Shown: positions 49,669 through 60,763 of the stretch, one piece after another
How the letters are laid out: every line of letters starts with the position of its first letter
How positions within the stretch are numbered: position 1 is the first letter of the stretch
NCBI GenBank assembly: GCA_964654275.1
Contig: CAZZHS010000003.1
Span: 95,688 to 159,687 of the forward strand
Source: an uncultured Syntrophobacteraceae bacterium
GTDB taxonomy: Bacteria > Desulfobacterota > Syntrophobacteria > Syntrophobacterales > Syntrophobacteraceae
Reading direction: 5' to 3'
Length of the DNA stretch: 64,000 nt
Program-made: the position numbers and the translations under genes
The notes under the pieces: generated by a model
Database searches by the model: none
The model's input: only the letters and a program-made list of their open reading frames with translations
Told to the model about the DNA's origin: nothing

Positions 49669-50586
49669 TCAGGCTCCCAAAAGGAGCCATTCCATGAGGG
49701 CCATCTGGAGGTGCATGCGGTTTTCCGCCTGATCGAAAACCACCGATTGGGGCCCTTCCAGAACCGCCGCGGTGATCTCTTCACCCCGGTGGGCGGGCAG
49801 GCAGTGCATGATCAGCGCGTGCGGGGGCGCAGCACGTATCAGGTCTTCATTGACCTGGTAGGGCTGAAACACCTTGAGACGCCGGTCCGCTTCTTCCTCC
49901 TGCCCCATGCTGGTCCACACATCCGTGTAAAGGACATCGGCAGAGCGCACCGCCTCTGACGGATCTTTGAAGAGATGAATCTCCCCCCTGCCCAGGGACT
50001 TTGCTTTTTCCAGCACCGACCTGTCGGGTTCGTACCCGTCGGGGCAGGCGAGGGTAAGCCGAAATCCCAGGAGTGCCGCCGCATTGATCCAGGAATGAGC
50101 GACATTGTTTCCGTCCCCCAGCCAGGCGACCGACAGTTCTTTGAGATGCCCCCTTTTTTCCTCTATGGTCAGCAGGTCGCTCAATACCTGGCAGGGATGG
50201 AAGGAATCGGTCAGGCCGTTGATGACGGGAATGGTCGCGTGTCGCGCCAGTTCCTCCACATCGGAGTGGGCAAAGGTCCGGATGGCGAGCAGATCCATGT
50301 ATCGGGAGAGGACCCGGGCGGTGTCGGCCAGGGGTTCGTCCCTCGAAATCTGTGTGTCCTTGGCGGTCATGAAGATGCAGCGGCCCCCAAGCCGGTACAT
50401 GGCCGCTTCGAAAGAGACCCGTGTGCGTGTGGAGGGCTTCACGAAAATCAGCCCCAACACCCTGCCGTTCATGGTAGGGGGCAGATCGCCTTCAACCCAT
50501 TGTCTCTTGAGACGCTTTGCCCGGGCGATGAGATGGGAGACCTCCTCCGGGGACAGATCCAGGATGGTCAGCAGGTCGCGCTTCAT
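49669..50586 (-). CDS. argF: Ornithine carbamoyltransferase
   Basis: KPSTRTRVSFE, FHPCQVLSD and MHCLPAHRGEE are OTCase motifs. The ATG at 50586 overlaps the argD stop (ATGA). Confidence 0.9.
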   Translation of the reverse strand: MKRDLLTILDLSPEEVSHLIARAKRLKRQWVEGDLPPTMNGRVLGLIFVKPSTRTRVSFEAAMYRLGGRCIFMTAKDTQISRDEPLADTARVLSRYMDLLAIRTFAHSDVEELARHATIPVINGLTDSFHPCQVLSDLLTIEEKRGHLKELSVAWLGDGNNVAHSWINAAALLGFRLTLACPDGYEPDRSVLEKAKSLGRGEIHLFKDPSEAVRSADVLYTDVWTSMGQEEEADRRLKVFQPYQVNEDLIRAAPPHALIMHCLPAHRGEEITAAVLEGPQSVVFDQAENRMHLQMALMEWLLLGA

Positions 50587-51773
50587 GGTGTCTCCTCTTT
50601 CAGACAAGTATCCAGGGCAGCGATGAACGCGTCGATTTCCCCGCGAGTGACGGTGAGGGGCGGCACCAGCCTGAGCACCGTTTCATGGGTGCAGTTGACG
50701 ACAAAGCCCCGGGAGAGCAGTTTCTCCACGAAGGCCTGCCCGGGTCGATTCAGTTCCACGCCGATCATGAGGCCGCGGCCTCTCACCTCCTTGATGATGC
50801 CGTTCTGCGCCCTGAGATCTTCGATCCTGGCCATGAAGTAGGCTCCTGTTTCCCGCACTCGGGCGAGGAACTCGGGGTCGGAAATGATCTGGAGCACTCG
50901 AAGTGCAGCGGCGGTCACGAGGGGCGTTCCTCCGAAGGTCGATGCATGGCTCCCGGGCACGAAGGCTTCCGCCACCCGATCCGTAGCCAGCATGGCCCCG
51001 ATGGGCAGTCCGTTTCCCAGCGCTTTGGCCAGAGTCATGATGTCGGGAGTCACCTGTTCATGTTCATGAGCAAAAAGCCGCCCCGTTCGTCCCATCCCCA
51101 CCTGCACCTCGTCGTAGATGAGCAGGAGGTCGCGCCTGCGGCACAGATCCTTCAACTCGGCCAGGTACCCCGGCGAAGGAATCACGATGCCTCCCTCCCC
51201 CTGAATGGGCTCGACCATGACCGCGCAGGTCTTGTCCGTCAGAGCGGCTTCCACAGCGGAGATGGAGTTAAAATCCACAAAAGTGAAACCTTCCACGAGC
51301 GGCTCGAACCCTTTGTGGACCTTCTCCTGGCCCGTGGCCGACAGAGTTGCCAGAGTTCTCCCATGGAAGGAGTTCTTCATGGTGACGATGTGGAACCGGC
51401 CCTGGCCGTAACGGTCGTTGCTGTACTTCCGGGCCAGCTTGATGGCCGCCTCATTGGCTTCGGCTCCACTGTTGGAAAAAAACACCTTATCTGCAAAAGA
51501 CAAACGTGTCAATTCCCGGGCCAGATCCACCTGAGGGCGCGTGTAGAAGAGGTTTGAGACATGCGTGAGAATGCCCGCCTGCGTGCAGAGCGTCCGGGTG
51601 ATCTCGTCGTGACTGTGCCCAAGGTTGCAAACGGCAATCCCCGCCAGAAAGTCCAGGTATTCCCTCCCCGTGTCATCCCACAGTCTGCATCCCTTTCCCT
51701 TCACGAAGGTGACCGGCAGTCTTGCGTAGGTTCTGCAAATGGTCTCCAAACATGCGTGCCGCACATCATCCAT
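50583..51773 (-). CDS. argD: Acetylornithine aminotransferase
   Basis: 396-aa class III aminotransferase. LIYDEVQVGMGRTG and the TLAKALGNG Lys region. Located between argB and argF. Confidence 0.9.
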   Translation of the reverse strand: MDDVRHACLETICRTYARLPVTFVKGKGCRLWDDTGREYLDFLAGIAVCNLGHSHDEITRTLCTQAGILTHVSNLFYTRPQVDLARELTRLSFADKVFFSNSGAEANEAAIKLARKYSNDRYGQGRFHIVTMKNSFHGRTLATLSATGQEKVHKGFEPLVEGFTFVDFNSISAVEAALTDKTCAVMVEPIQGEGGIVIPSPGYLAELKDLCRRRDLLLIYDEVQVGMGRTGRLFAHEHEQVTPDIMTLAKALGNGLPIGAMLATDRVAEAFVPGSHASTFGGTPLVTAAALRVLQIISDPEFLARVRETGAYFMARIEDLRAQNGIIKEVRGRGLMIGVELNRPGQAFVEKLLSRGFVVNCTHETVLRLVPPLTVTRGEIDAFIAALDTCLKEETP

Positions 51774-51790
51774 GTCCTGTTCTCCTTGGC

Positions 51791-54069
<2,279 letters not shown>

Positions 54070-54071
54070 CA

Positions 54072-54614
54072 CTAAAGCTCCTCGAACGTGAAGGCATCGT
54101 TGGTGTAAATGCAGATGGATGCCGCAATTTTCATGGCTTCCTGAGCAATCTCCCGGTTGGACAGCCGGGTGTGCCCGGCCAGGGCCCGCGCGGCCGCCAG
54201 TGCGTAGGGCGCACCGGACCCGATGGCCGCTAGACCGTCATCGGGCTCGATGACGTCGCCCGTGCCGCTGAGGATGAAGCAGTCGACCGTATCGGCAGCA
54301 ATGAGCAGGGCTTCCAGTCGGCGCAGAGCCCGGTCCATGCGCCAGTCCTTGGCCATCTCCACGGCAGCGCGTTTCAGGTTGCCGTTGTATTGTTCGAGCT
54401 TGCCTTCCAGTTTTTCAAAAAGCGTCAATGCATCGGCCGTGGACCCGGCAAAGCCTGCGACAACCTTGCCCTGGTACATTTTTCGGACCTTCCTGGCCTG
54501 ATGTTTCATGACGGTGTCCCCAAAAGTCACCTGCCCGTCGGCTGCAATGACCACCCGACCGTTTCTGTGGATGGCCAGGACCGTTGTGCTGCGCACTGTC
54601 GTCTGTCCGGTCAT
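54072..54614 (-). CDS. hslV: ATP-dependent protease subunit HslV
   Basis: TTVLAI catalytic Thr region. [23 protein letters not shown]. Confidence 0.95.
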   Translation of the reverse strand: MTGQTTVRSTTVLAIHRNGRVVIAADGQVTFGDTVMKHQARKVRKMYQGKVVAGFAGSTADALTLFEKLEGKLEQYNGNLKRAAVEMAKDWRMDRALRRLEALLIAADTVDCFILSGTGDVIEPDDGLAAIGSGAPYALAAARALAGHTRLSNREIAQEAMKIAASICIYTNDAFTFEEL

Positions 54615-54729
54615 AAGATTCTAAAATCCTTCCTTATCGTGTGAAAGACCGCCGGGGATGGACCAGCGCGCCGTGCAGCAGGTGAAAAACGTGCGAATTT
54701 CGGGCGCGTCCAATGTCTCGCCCCGGTGT

Positions 54730-55686
54730 TCAGGTGTCTTCACGGGCCTCCGGATTTTTCAAGCGGCTCCTGGGGTGAGCACGATCATAGGCCCTCATGA
54801 TTTGATCCAGATTCACGTGGGTATAGCGCTGAGTCGTCGAAAGCGTTGCATGTCCCAGCATGTCCTGGATGGAGCGAAGATCGGCTCCCGCACTGAGCAG
54901 GTGCGTGGCGAACGTATGCCGTAGCCCGTGAGGCGAGATGTGCTGCCAGAAACCGCACGCCCTCAATTCGGCGACAAGGATCCTGTGAACGGACCTTGCA
55001 CTCAACCGTCCTCCCATGGCGTTGCGGAACAGGGCCTCCCCCCGCAGAGGCGTGCCCGTCCACTGCGCCTGCAATCGCGCCAGATAATCATCGACCGCTG
55101 CGAGCGCCTTTCTTCCAATGGGCACCAGCCGCTCCTTGCGTCCCTTTCCCAAAATCCTCAACATGCCTTCGTCGCGGGACACACTGGACACATTCAGTCG
55201 GGTGAGTTCCCCCACGCGAACCCCCGAAGAGTAAAGCGTTTCAAAGATGGCCCAGTTGCGTGTGCGCCTCCAGGAAAGGTCTGTCCCGCCGGCCTTCCGT
55301 TCCAGGGAGTTGAGGAAATGGAACACTTCGTCCACCCCCATGAAGGCGGGAAGCTTTTGGGACACCTTGGGGTGATACACCCATTCGGTGGGATCCCGGT
55401 TGACCGCACCCCTGTCCCGAAGGTAGGCGTAAAACGAACGCAGAGCCGAGAGCTTTCTCGACTGGGAAACTTTCTTATGATCCCTGCTGAGGTGGGCCAT
55501 GAAGCCCTGGATGTGGGTGTGAGTCACATCTGCCGGCGACACCTCCTCCACACCCATGACCCGGCTAAAGTATTCCGAGGCCTGTCTCAGATCCCCCTGG
55601 TAGGCACGCAGGGTTTCATGGCTCAACCCTCTTTCATGGAGGAGGTGCTTGATGAATTCCGCCTGATACCGAAACCAGTTCAACAC
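54730..55686 (-). CDS. xerC: Tyrosine recombinase XerC (XerC/XerD family)
   Basis: N-terminal SAM-like domain (LSHETLRAYQGDL). Catalytic residues are in place: R (SSGVRVGEL), HGLRHTFATHL and LGHATLSTTQRYTHV. Synteny with hslVU supports xerC. Start at the GTG at 55686 after AGGAGAGG. The ORF is open to the TTG at 55734. Confidence 0.82.
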   Translation of the reverse strand: MLNWFRYQAEFIKHLLHERGLSHETLRAYQGDLRQASEYFSRVMGVEEVSPADVTHTHIQGFMAHLSRDHKKVSQSRKLSALRSFYAYLRDRGAVNRDPTEWVYHPKVSQKLPAFMGVDEVFHFLNSLERKAGGTDLSWRRTRNWAIFETLYSSGVRVGELTRLNVSSVSRDEGMLRILGKGRKERLVPIGRKALAAVDDYLARLQAQWTGTPLRGEALFRNAMGGRLSARSVHRILVAELRACGFWQHISPHGLRHTFATHLLSAGADLRSIQDMLGHATLSTTQRYTHVNLDQIMRAYDRAHPRSRLKNPEAREDT

Positions 55687-55949
55687 CTGGTCCTCTCCTG
55701 GACGAGGGTGAAAGGAAGATCCGAAGAACCTCAAAAAGGAGTTTTAATAGCACAGTGAGCGAAAAAATCAATGGAAATGCTGTGCTTTTTTATTGAGATT
55801 ATTGGGGGTTAGAAAGTGTGGAAAATTCAGTTCTTGACCTGAGCGCCACCCGGCCTCGCGTGGAAGAAGGGCGCCGACCGGCGTCGGGATGCTTCTCAGC
55901 GACCCAGTTCCGAACATCCCTTAGGGTATTGAATGGTCAAGAAATTCGC

Positions 55950-55979
55950 TTGACTTTGCTCAAAGGTTTGCCCTATTTT
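55950..55979 (+). promoter_or_regulatory. Sigma70-like promoter upstream of the EF-G paralog
   Basis: TTGACT-N18-TATTTT in an AT-rich stretch. It would give a leader of about 240 nt. Confidence 0.3.
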
Positions 55980-56225
55980 CCTCTTCTTGTATTTGCTCCC
56001 ATACATCAAGATGATCGCCTCATGGTTTGTTCCGAATCCCATGCCTTTCTCGCGAGAATCCTGAGGTGTGCGCTCCCATATGCTGCTTTGCCGCCCCTCC
56101 GGCTTCCTCCGTGGGCTGCACACCTCACAAGGTGCTTCGAGCCGCGACTCCCCGCAGAAAGGCTGGTCAGGAAGGAAATGACGCCCGGCCCTCAAAGGCT
56201 GTAATGCTCTGAGAAAGGAAGAGAG

Positions 56226-58301
56226 ATGAAAGAGGACCTTGCTAACACCCGAACTTTTGCAATCATCGGACATGGTGGCGCCGGCAAAACGTCTTTGACC
56301 GAGGCCATGCTTTTCAATGCGGGCGTGACGACCCGCCTCGGCAAAGTCGATGAAAAAACTTCCATCATGGACTATGAGCCCGAAGAGGTGAAACGCAGCC
56401 TGACCATCAGCACCTCCTTCACTTCCCTTCCCTGGAAGAAACACCAGCTCACCATCATCGACACTCCCGGAGACTTCAACTTCATCGCCGAAACCAGGAT
56501 GTCGATGCTCGGCGCCGATGCCGTCGTCGTCATCACGGATGCCATCGACGGTGTGAGAGTCCAGACGGAGAAGGTCTGTGAATTCGCCGACGAATTCGAA
56601 CTGCCGCGACTCTTTTTCGTCAGCAAGATGGATCGCGAACGGGCGGATTTCATGAAAACCGTCGAAGACATTCAAAACAATTTCGGCAAAGCCTGTGTGC
56701 CCCTGCAGATCCCCCTCGGAGCCGCCGAAGCCTTCAAGGGCGTTGTCGATGTTCTCTCGGATAAAGCCTATGTCTTCACCCAGGGAGACAGCGGCAAAAT
56801 GGAAACTCAGGAGCTGCCTGCCGGACTGGCTGAGCAGGTGAGCAGGATCAAAGAAGAAATCGTGGAGCGTGTGGCCGAATCGGAAGACGCGCTGCTTGAG
56901 AAGTACCTCGAGGAGGGGGAGTTGAGTCCGGAAGAGGTCAGGAACGGTCTGCGCAAGGCCGTTTCCTCGGGCAAACTGATTCCCATCCTGTGCGGATCCG
57001 GAGTGGCCAACATCGCCATTCAACCTCTCATGGACGCTATTGTCGACAGCTTCCCATCCCCTGCGGACCGGCCTCCCAGGAGAGGGACATCGATGAAAAA
57101 CAACGACGAAATCCAGCGCAATCCCGATCCCAACGACCCTTTCAGCGCCCTCGTCATCAAGACCATCAGCGATCCCTACGCCGGTCGTCTTTCCGTTCTG
57201 CGTGTTTTCTCGGGAACCCTCAAGCCCGATTCAACCGTGCTCAATTCCACCAAAGACATCAAGGAACGCTTCGGCCAGCTCTTGCGCCTCAAGGGGAAGA
57301 ATCAGGAAAGCGTCGAAACGGCGGGCCCCGGCGACATCGTTGCCGTGGCCAAGCTGAAGGAAACCACCACCCAGGACACACTCTGCAGCGAAAAGGATGC
57401 CATCGTCTATCCGCGCATCGAATTGCCCCCACCCATTTACTCTCTCGCTGTGGAACCCAAGAGCAAGGGGGACGAAGACAAGATCTTTTCGTCGCTTTCC
57501 CGGCTCATGGAGGAGGATCTCACGCTGAGACTCGAACGCAACGAGGAAACCAAAGAGATGATCCTCTCCGGCATGGGAGAAATTCACATTGAGGCCACCG
57601 TCGACAAGCTCAAGCGAAAATTCGGCGTGGAAGTGAACCTGAAACTCCCCAAGGTCAGCTACAAGGAAACCATCAAGGGCAAAGCGCGTATCCAGGGCAA
57701 ATACAAAAAGCAGTCGGGCGGTCGCGGCCAGTATGGGGACTGCTGGATCGAGATGGAACCCAAGGGAAGGGGAGAGGGCTTCGAATTTGTGGATAAGATC
57801 GTGGGGGGTGTCATTCCCCGCCAGTATATCCCCGCCGTTGAAAAGGGGATCGTGGAGGCATGCGAAGAAGGGCCGCTCGCCGGCTTCCCGGTGGTGGATT
57901 TCAAAGTGGACCTTGTGGATGGTTCCTTCCATCCCGTGGACTCTTCCGAAATGGCCTTCAAAATCGCCGGCTCCATGGCCTTCAAGAAGGCGGTCATGGA
58001 GGCCAAACCCACCCTCCTCGAACCCATCATGTACATGGAAATCATTGTTCCGGACGATTGCATGGGCGATGTCATCGGAGATCTCAATTCACGCAGGGGT
58101 CGCGTGCTCGGAATGGAGAGCAGCGGCAAGAAGCAGATTGTGAAGGCCAACGTGCCCCACGCTGAAGTCTTGAAGTATGCCCCCGACCTGCGCTCCATGA
58201 CAGCCGGCCGGGGCATGTTCACCATGCGCTTCTCCCATTACGAAGAGGTCCCCGGACAGGCACAGGAAAAAATCATCGAGGCTTCCAAGAAGGAAGAATA
58301 A
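56226..58301 (+). CDS. Elongation factor G paralog (EF-G2-like)
   Basis: 691 aa with all five EF-G domains. The G1 motif is IIGHGGAGKTSL instead of the canonical AHIDAGKTT. DTPGDFNF is the G3 motif. There is no rpsL/rpsG/tuf context. Confidence 0.9.
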   Translation: MKEDLANTRTFAIIGHGGAGKTSLTEAMLFNAGVTTRLGKVDEKTSIMDYEPEEVKRSLTISTSFTSLPWKKHQLTIIDTPGDFNFIAETRMSMLGADAVVVITDAIDGVRVQTEKVCEFADEFELPRLFFVSKMDRERADFMKTVEDIQNNFGKACVPLQIPLGAAEAFKGVVDVLSDKAYVFTQGDSGKMETQELPAGLAEQVSRIKEEIVERVAESEDALLEKYLEEGELSPEEVRNGLRKAVSSGKLIPILCGSGVANIAIQPLMDAIVDSFPSPADRPPRRGTSMKNNDEIQRNPDPNDPFSALVIKTISDPYAGRLSVLRVFSGTLKPDSTVLNSTKDIKERFGQLLRLKGKNQESVETAGPGDIVAVAKLKETTTQDTLCSEKDAIVYPRIELPPPIYSLAVEPKSKGDEDKIFSSLSRLMEEDLTLRLERNEETKEMILSGMGEIHIEATVDKLKRKFGVEVNLKLPKVSYKETIKGKARIQGKYKKQSGGRGQYGDCWIEMEPKGRGEGFEFVDKIVGGVIPRQYIPAVEKGIVEACEEGPLAGFPVVDFKVDLVDGSFHPVDSSEMAFKIAGSMAFKKAVMEAKPTLLEPIMYMEIIVPDDCMGDVIGDLNSRRGRVLGMESSGKKQIVKANVPHAEVLKYAPDLRSMTAGRGMFTMRFSHYEEVPGQAQEKIIEASKKEE

Positions 58302-58335
58302 CCTCCTTCGAAAAATGTTTTTCGCCACCTTGCGT

Positions 58336-58379
58336 CCCGTGGGACTCTCCGGCATGGGAGAGCCCGCGGGATTTTTTTT
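58336..58379 (+). terminator. Rho-independent terminator after the EF-G paralog
   Basis: CCCGTGGGACTCTCC-ggcat-GGGAGAGCCCGCGGG followed by ATTTTTTTT. Confidence 0.75.
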
Positions 58380-58396
58380 CAGCTCCTTTTGACAGG

Positions 58397-58963
58397 ATGA
58401 CGGCCATGGGCCACACGGAAAAGCACAAAAAGACGGATTCAGGATCACCGAGCGACCAACTCTGCAGATTTCATCGCACGGTGGCGCTGATCACCATCAG
58501 CGACAGGGGCGCGCGCGGAGAACGGGAGGACAGGTCGGGAGACGTGCTCGCCGAATTGCTGCACTCCCGAGGGTATGCCGTCGTGCACCGGTCGGTGGTC
58601 CCCGATGAGATCGCGCAGATCGCGGCAGAACTGCTCCGATGCGCCGACGAGAAACACGTGGCGGTCATTGTCACGACCGGCGGCACAGGGGTCTCTCCCC
58701 GCGATGTGACACCGGAAGCCACCCTGCAGGTTATTCAGCGGCAGGTGCCGGGCATGAGTGAAGCCATGCGGGCCGCCAGCCTGCGACTCACTCCGCACGC
58801 CATGATTTCCAGAGGCGTGGTGGGAATCCGGGACGCAACGCTCATCGTCAATCTGCCGGGAAGCCCAAAGGGCGCCGTGGAAAACCTCCAGGTGCTGCTG
58901 CCCGCTCTGGATCATGCATTGGAAAAAATTCAGGGAGACCCAAGGGATTGCGCCGCGCCCTGA
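58397..58963 (+). CDS. mogA: Molybdopterin adenylyltransferase MogA/MoaB family
   Basis: ITISDRGARGEREDRSG, VTTGGTGVSPRDVTPEAT, PGMSEAMR and NLPGSPKG. Confidence 0.8.
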   Translation: MTAMGHTEKHKKTDSGSPSDQLCRFHRTVALITISDRGARGEREDRSGDVLAELLHSRGYAVVHRSVVPDEIAQIAAELLRCADEKHVAVIVTTGGTGVSPRDVTPEATLQVIQRQVPGMSEAMRAASLRLTPHAMISRGVVGIRDATLIVNLPGSPKGAVENLQVLLPALDHALEKIQGDPRDCAAP

Positions 58964-59026
58964 GGTGTTCTGAGGAGCGCGCATCGAGGAGATGAACCGA
59001 AGAGGCAGGGAATTCCAGGCGGCTCC

Positions 59027-59059
59027 CAGGCCGGAGGGGGTGTGAACCCCCCCGGCCTG
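59027..59059. terminator. GC-rich hairpin between convergent genes (bidirectional terminator candidate)
   Basis: CAGGCCGGAGGGGG-tgtgaa-CCCCCCCGGCCTG between the mogA stop and the stop of the minus-strand gene. Confidence 0.55.
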
Positions 59060-59072
59060 AGCAGGATGGAGA

Positions 59073-59480
59073 TCAGAGGGGTTCCTCATCCTCCGGATAG
59101 CTGCGGCCGACCGCAGCCCGTTTTTCACCGTATCTTTCTTTGATTTCTTCTTTTTGCCGGAAATACTCGTTGTTGATATTCTGAATATCCTGTTCGTTGA
59201 CGAGCACATTGGACTCAGCCTCTTCCACGGCTTTGAGCTTGTCTTTCACAGCGGCGTCTTCCTGCCAGTTGTTGAGCCCCTGGGTGTACAGGGAGTAAAT
59301 GTCCTTGCCCAGCGCACTGCAGGCCTGATCAAGACGCTTGCGGGCACGGCACGCGTCCCACTTTTTCATGCGTAGCTTGACGAATTTCATGGTAAAGGCC
59401 AGGATCACAAAAAAATACTCCAGGACCAGATAGAAGAGTTTTTTCAATAGGGTCAGGATTGTTTCCAAAACAGACTTCAT
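59073..59480 (-). CDS. Hypothetical membrane-anchored coiled-coil protein (135 aa)
   Basis: MKSVLETILTLLKKLFYLVLEYFFVILAF (hydrophobic N-terminus), then a K/E/Q-rich helical region. GC content is visibly lower than in neighbouring genes. The ATG at 59480 overlaps the upstream stop (ATGA). Confidence 0.5.
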   Translation of the reverse strand: MKSVLETILTLLKKLFYLVLEYFFVILAFTMKFVKLRMKKWDACRARKRLDQACSALGKDIYSLYTQGLNNWQEDAAVKDKLKAVEEAESNVLVNEQDIQNINNEYFRQKEEIKERYGEKRAAVGRSYPEDEEPL

Positions 59481-59971
59481 GCTTCGCCCTCCTTTAGATG
59501 GCCGCTGAACGCATTGCGGCCCAAAAGCTGTTCCAGTTGTTGCGCCATGCGCAAGGGGTGGCTTCCACGCCAATAGATGTTATGGCACTTCGAACACATG
59601 CAAAACGTCTCCGTGGTGGCGTAAACATGTTCCGGGACCCGGCCGAAAACTTGCGCTCGGGGGATTTCGATCAGCGGGTGATTGCATCGAATGCATAGGT
59701 GAAGCGGCCGGATCCTTTGGGGGTCCAGGTTCAGTGTCTGGAGAACCCCTTGCAGTTGCACCATGGGGTTGTCATGGTCGATGAAGATCACTCCTTTGCA
59801 GTGACGCCATTTCTCGCTGCGGGTCAGGACGATCCGGCCGTCCTTTCGATAGTCCTCGATTTGCCGCCTGCTGTCGATGGACACGTACCACGAATCCAAG
59901 CCCAGTATCCGCAGCCACTTGCACAACCGGCCCAGCATCCTGTCCACGGCAAAGTGCAGCATTTCATTCAT
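59477..59971 (-). CDS. Mut7-C (DUF82) PIN-like RNase domain protein with a C-terminal zinc ribbon
   Basis: FAVDRMLGRLCKWLRILGLDS...VLTR (PIN-like N-terminus). CIRCNHPL...CSKCHNIYWRGSH (zinc ribbon). These are typical of the Mut7-C family. Confidence 0.7.
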   Translation of the reverse strand: MNEMLHFAVDRMLGRLCKWLRILGLDSWYVSIDSRRQIEDYRKDGRIVLTRSEKWRHCKGVIFIDHDNPMVQLQGVLQTLNLDPQRIRPLHLCIRCNHPLIEIPRAQVFGRVPEHVYATTETFCMCSKCHNIYWRGSHPLRMAQQLEQLLGRNAFSGHLKEGEA

Positions 59972-60759
59972 GGACTGTGCCCCACAAATCCCATGACCTG
60001 GACGCCCTCAGGGACTTGAGGCCTGAAGATCTCCTGAGGGAGAATGTCCGCACGATCCATCTGCTCCACCACCACCGTCAGCGTCCAGTCGATTCCGGAA
60101 AGGGTCAGCCGCTGCGGAATGGCATCGCGGTTGACTTCGACCGGAGGCTCGTACCTGACCTCGTAGTCCCACAAGCCTTGTTTCACTTTCACCCCGGAAA
60201 GACTCAGTGGCTGGGAGATGAACTGGTACGTATAGCGCACTCCCTCCGCCGGCACATGTCTCACTGCGAGCCACCCGTCCGGGTCGGCCTCAAAACTCAG
60301 GGAATCGATGTGATTCTCCGGGACCGAAGCCGCCATGAGATACGGCAGAGATTCGAATGGAAAGGAAATTCCGAGCATTCGCCCGAGCAGCGGTTCAGGC
60401 TGGGAAGACGTGTAGACAATTCGTTCGGCCGGCATCCAGAGGCGGGTCAACCGTGTGTCGACCGTCAGTAGAGCCACCCCATGTCCCAGAGGATTGAAGG
60501 CCTCCAGGCGAAATCTATGGGGCAGGTCCGCAAACGCCAGAGAACGAAATGCGAAGTTGCCCTGATTCGTCTGCCCCCGAAGACGCCAGGCCGCCTGATA
60601 CCTCTCCCAGTGACTCGAACGGGCACCCAGCAGAAATCGCCATTCCTGCAGGGAGGGCGCCGCAGGCTTTTCTTGAAGCGCCGGTCGGGGAGCACAGGCA
60701 CCTGCCAACAGCAGGATCGCTGTGAGGAGCAGAGGCAGCCCGCATCGGTTTTTAAGCAT
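59968..60759 (-). CDS. Lipoprotein, LolB-like / DUF4292-like (tentative)
   Basis: MLKNRCGLPLLLTAILLLAGA-C lipobox. The beta-rich mature part includes FRLEAFNPLGHGVALL. It follows a TPR lipoprotein. Family call is tentative. Confidence 0.45.
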   Translation of the reverse strand: MLKNRCGLPLLLTAILLLAGACAPRPALQEKPAAPSLQEWRFLLGARSSHWERYQAAWRLRGQTNQGNFAFRSLAFADLPHRFRLEAFNPLGHGVALLTVDTRLTRLWMPAERIVYTSSQPEPLLGRMLGISFPFESLPYLMAASVPENHIDSLSFEADPDGWLAVRHVPAEGVRYTYQFISQPLSLSGVKVKQGLWDYEVRYEPPVEVNRDAIPQRLTLSGIDWTLTVVVEQMDRADILPQEIFRPQVPEGVQVMGFVGHSP

Positions 60760-60763
60760 GTAT

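Noticed and set aside
54730-55686. Tyrosine recombinase as marker of an integrated mobile element
   Set aside because: The canonical xerC-hslV-hslU synteny indicates the chromosome-dimer-resolution recombinase. There is no adjacent tRNA, direct repeats, phage genes or transposase.
55818-56204. 128-aa plus-strand ORF in the xerC / EF-G intergenic region
   Set aside because: It has a GTG/TTG-type start and Leu/Arg/Pro-rich, motif-less sequence. It spans the predicted promoter and leader of the EF-G paralog.
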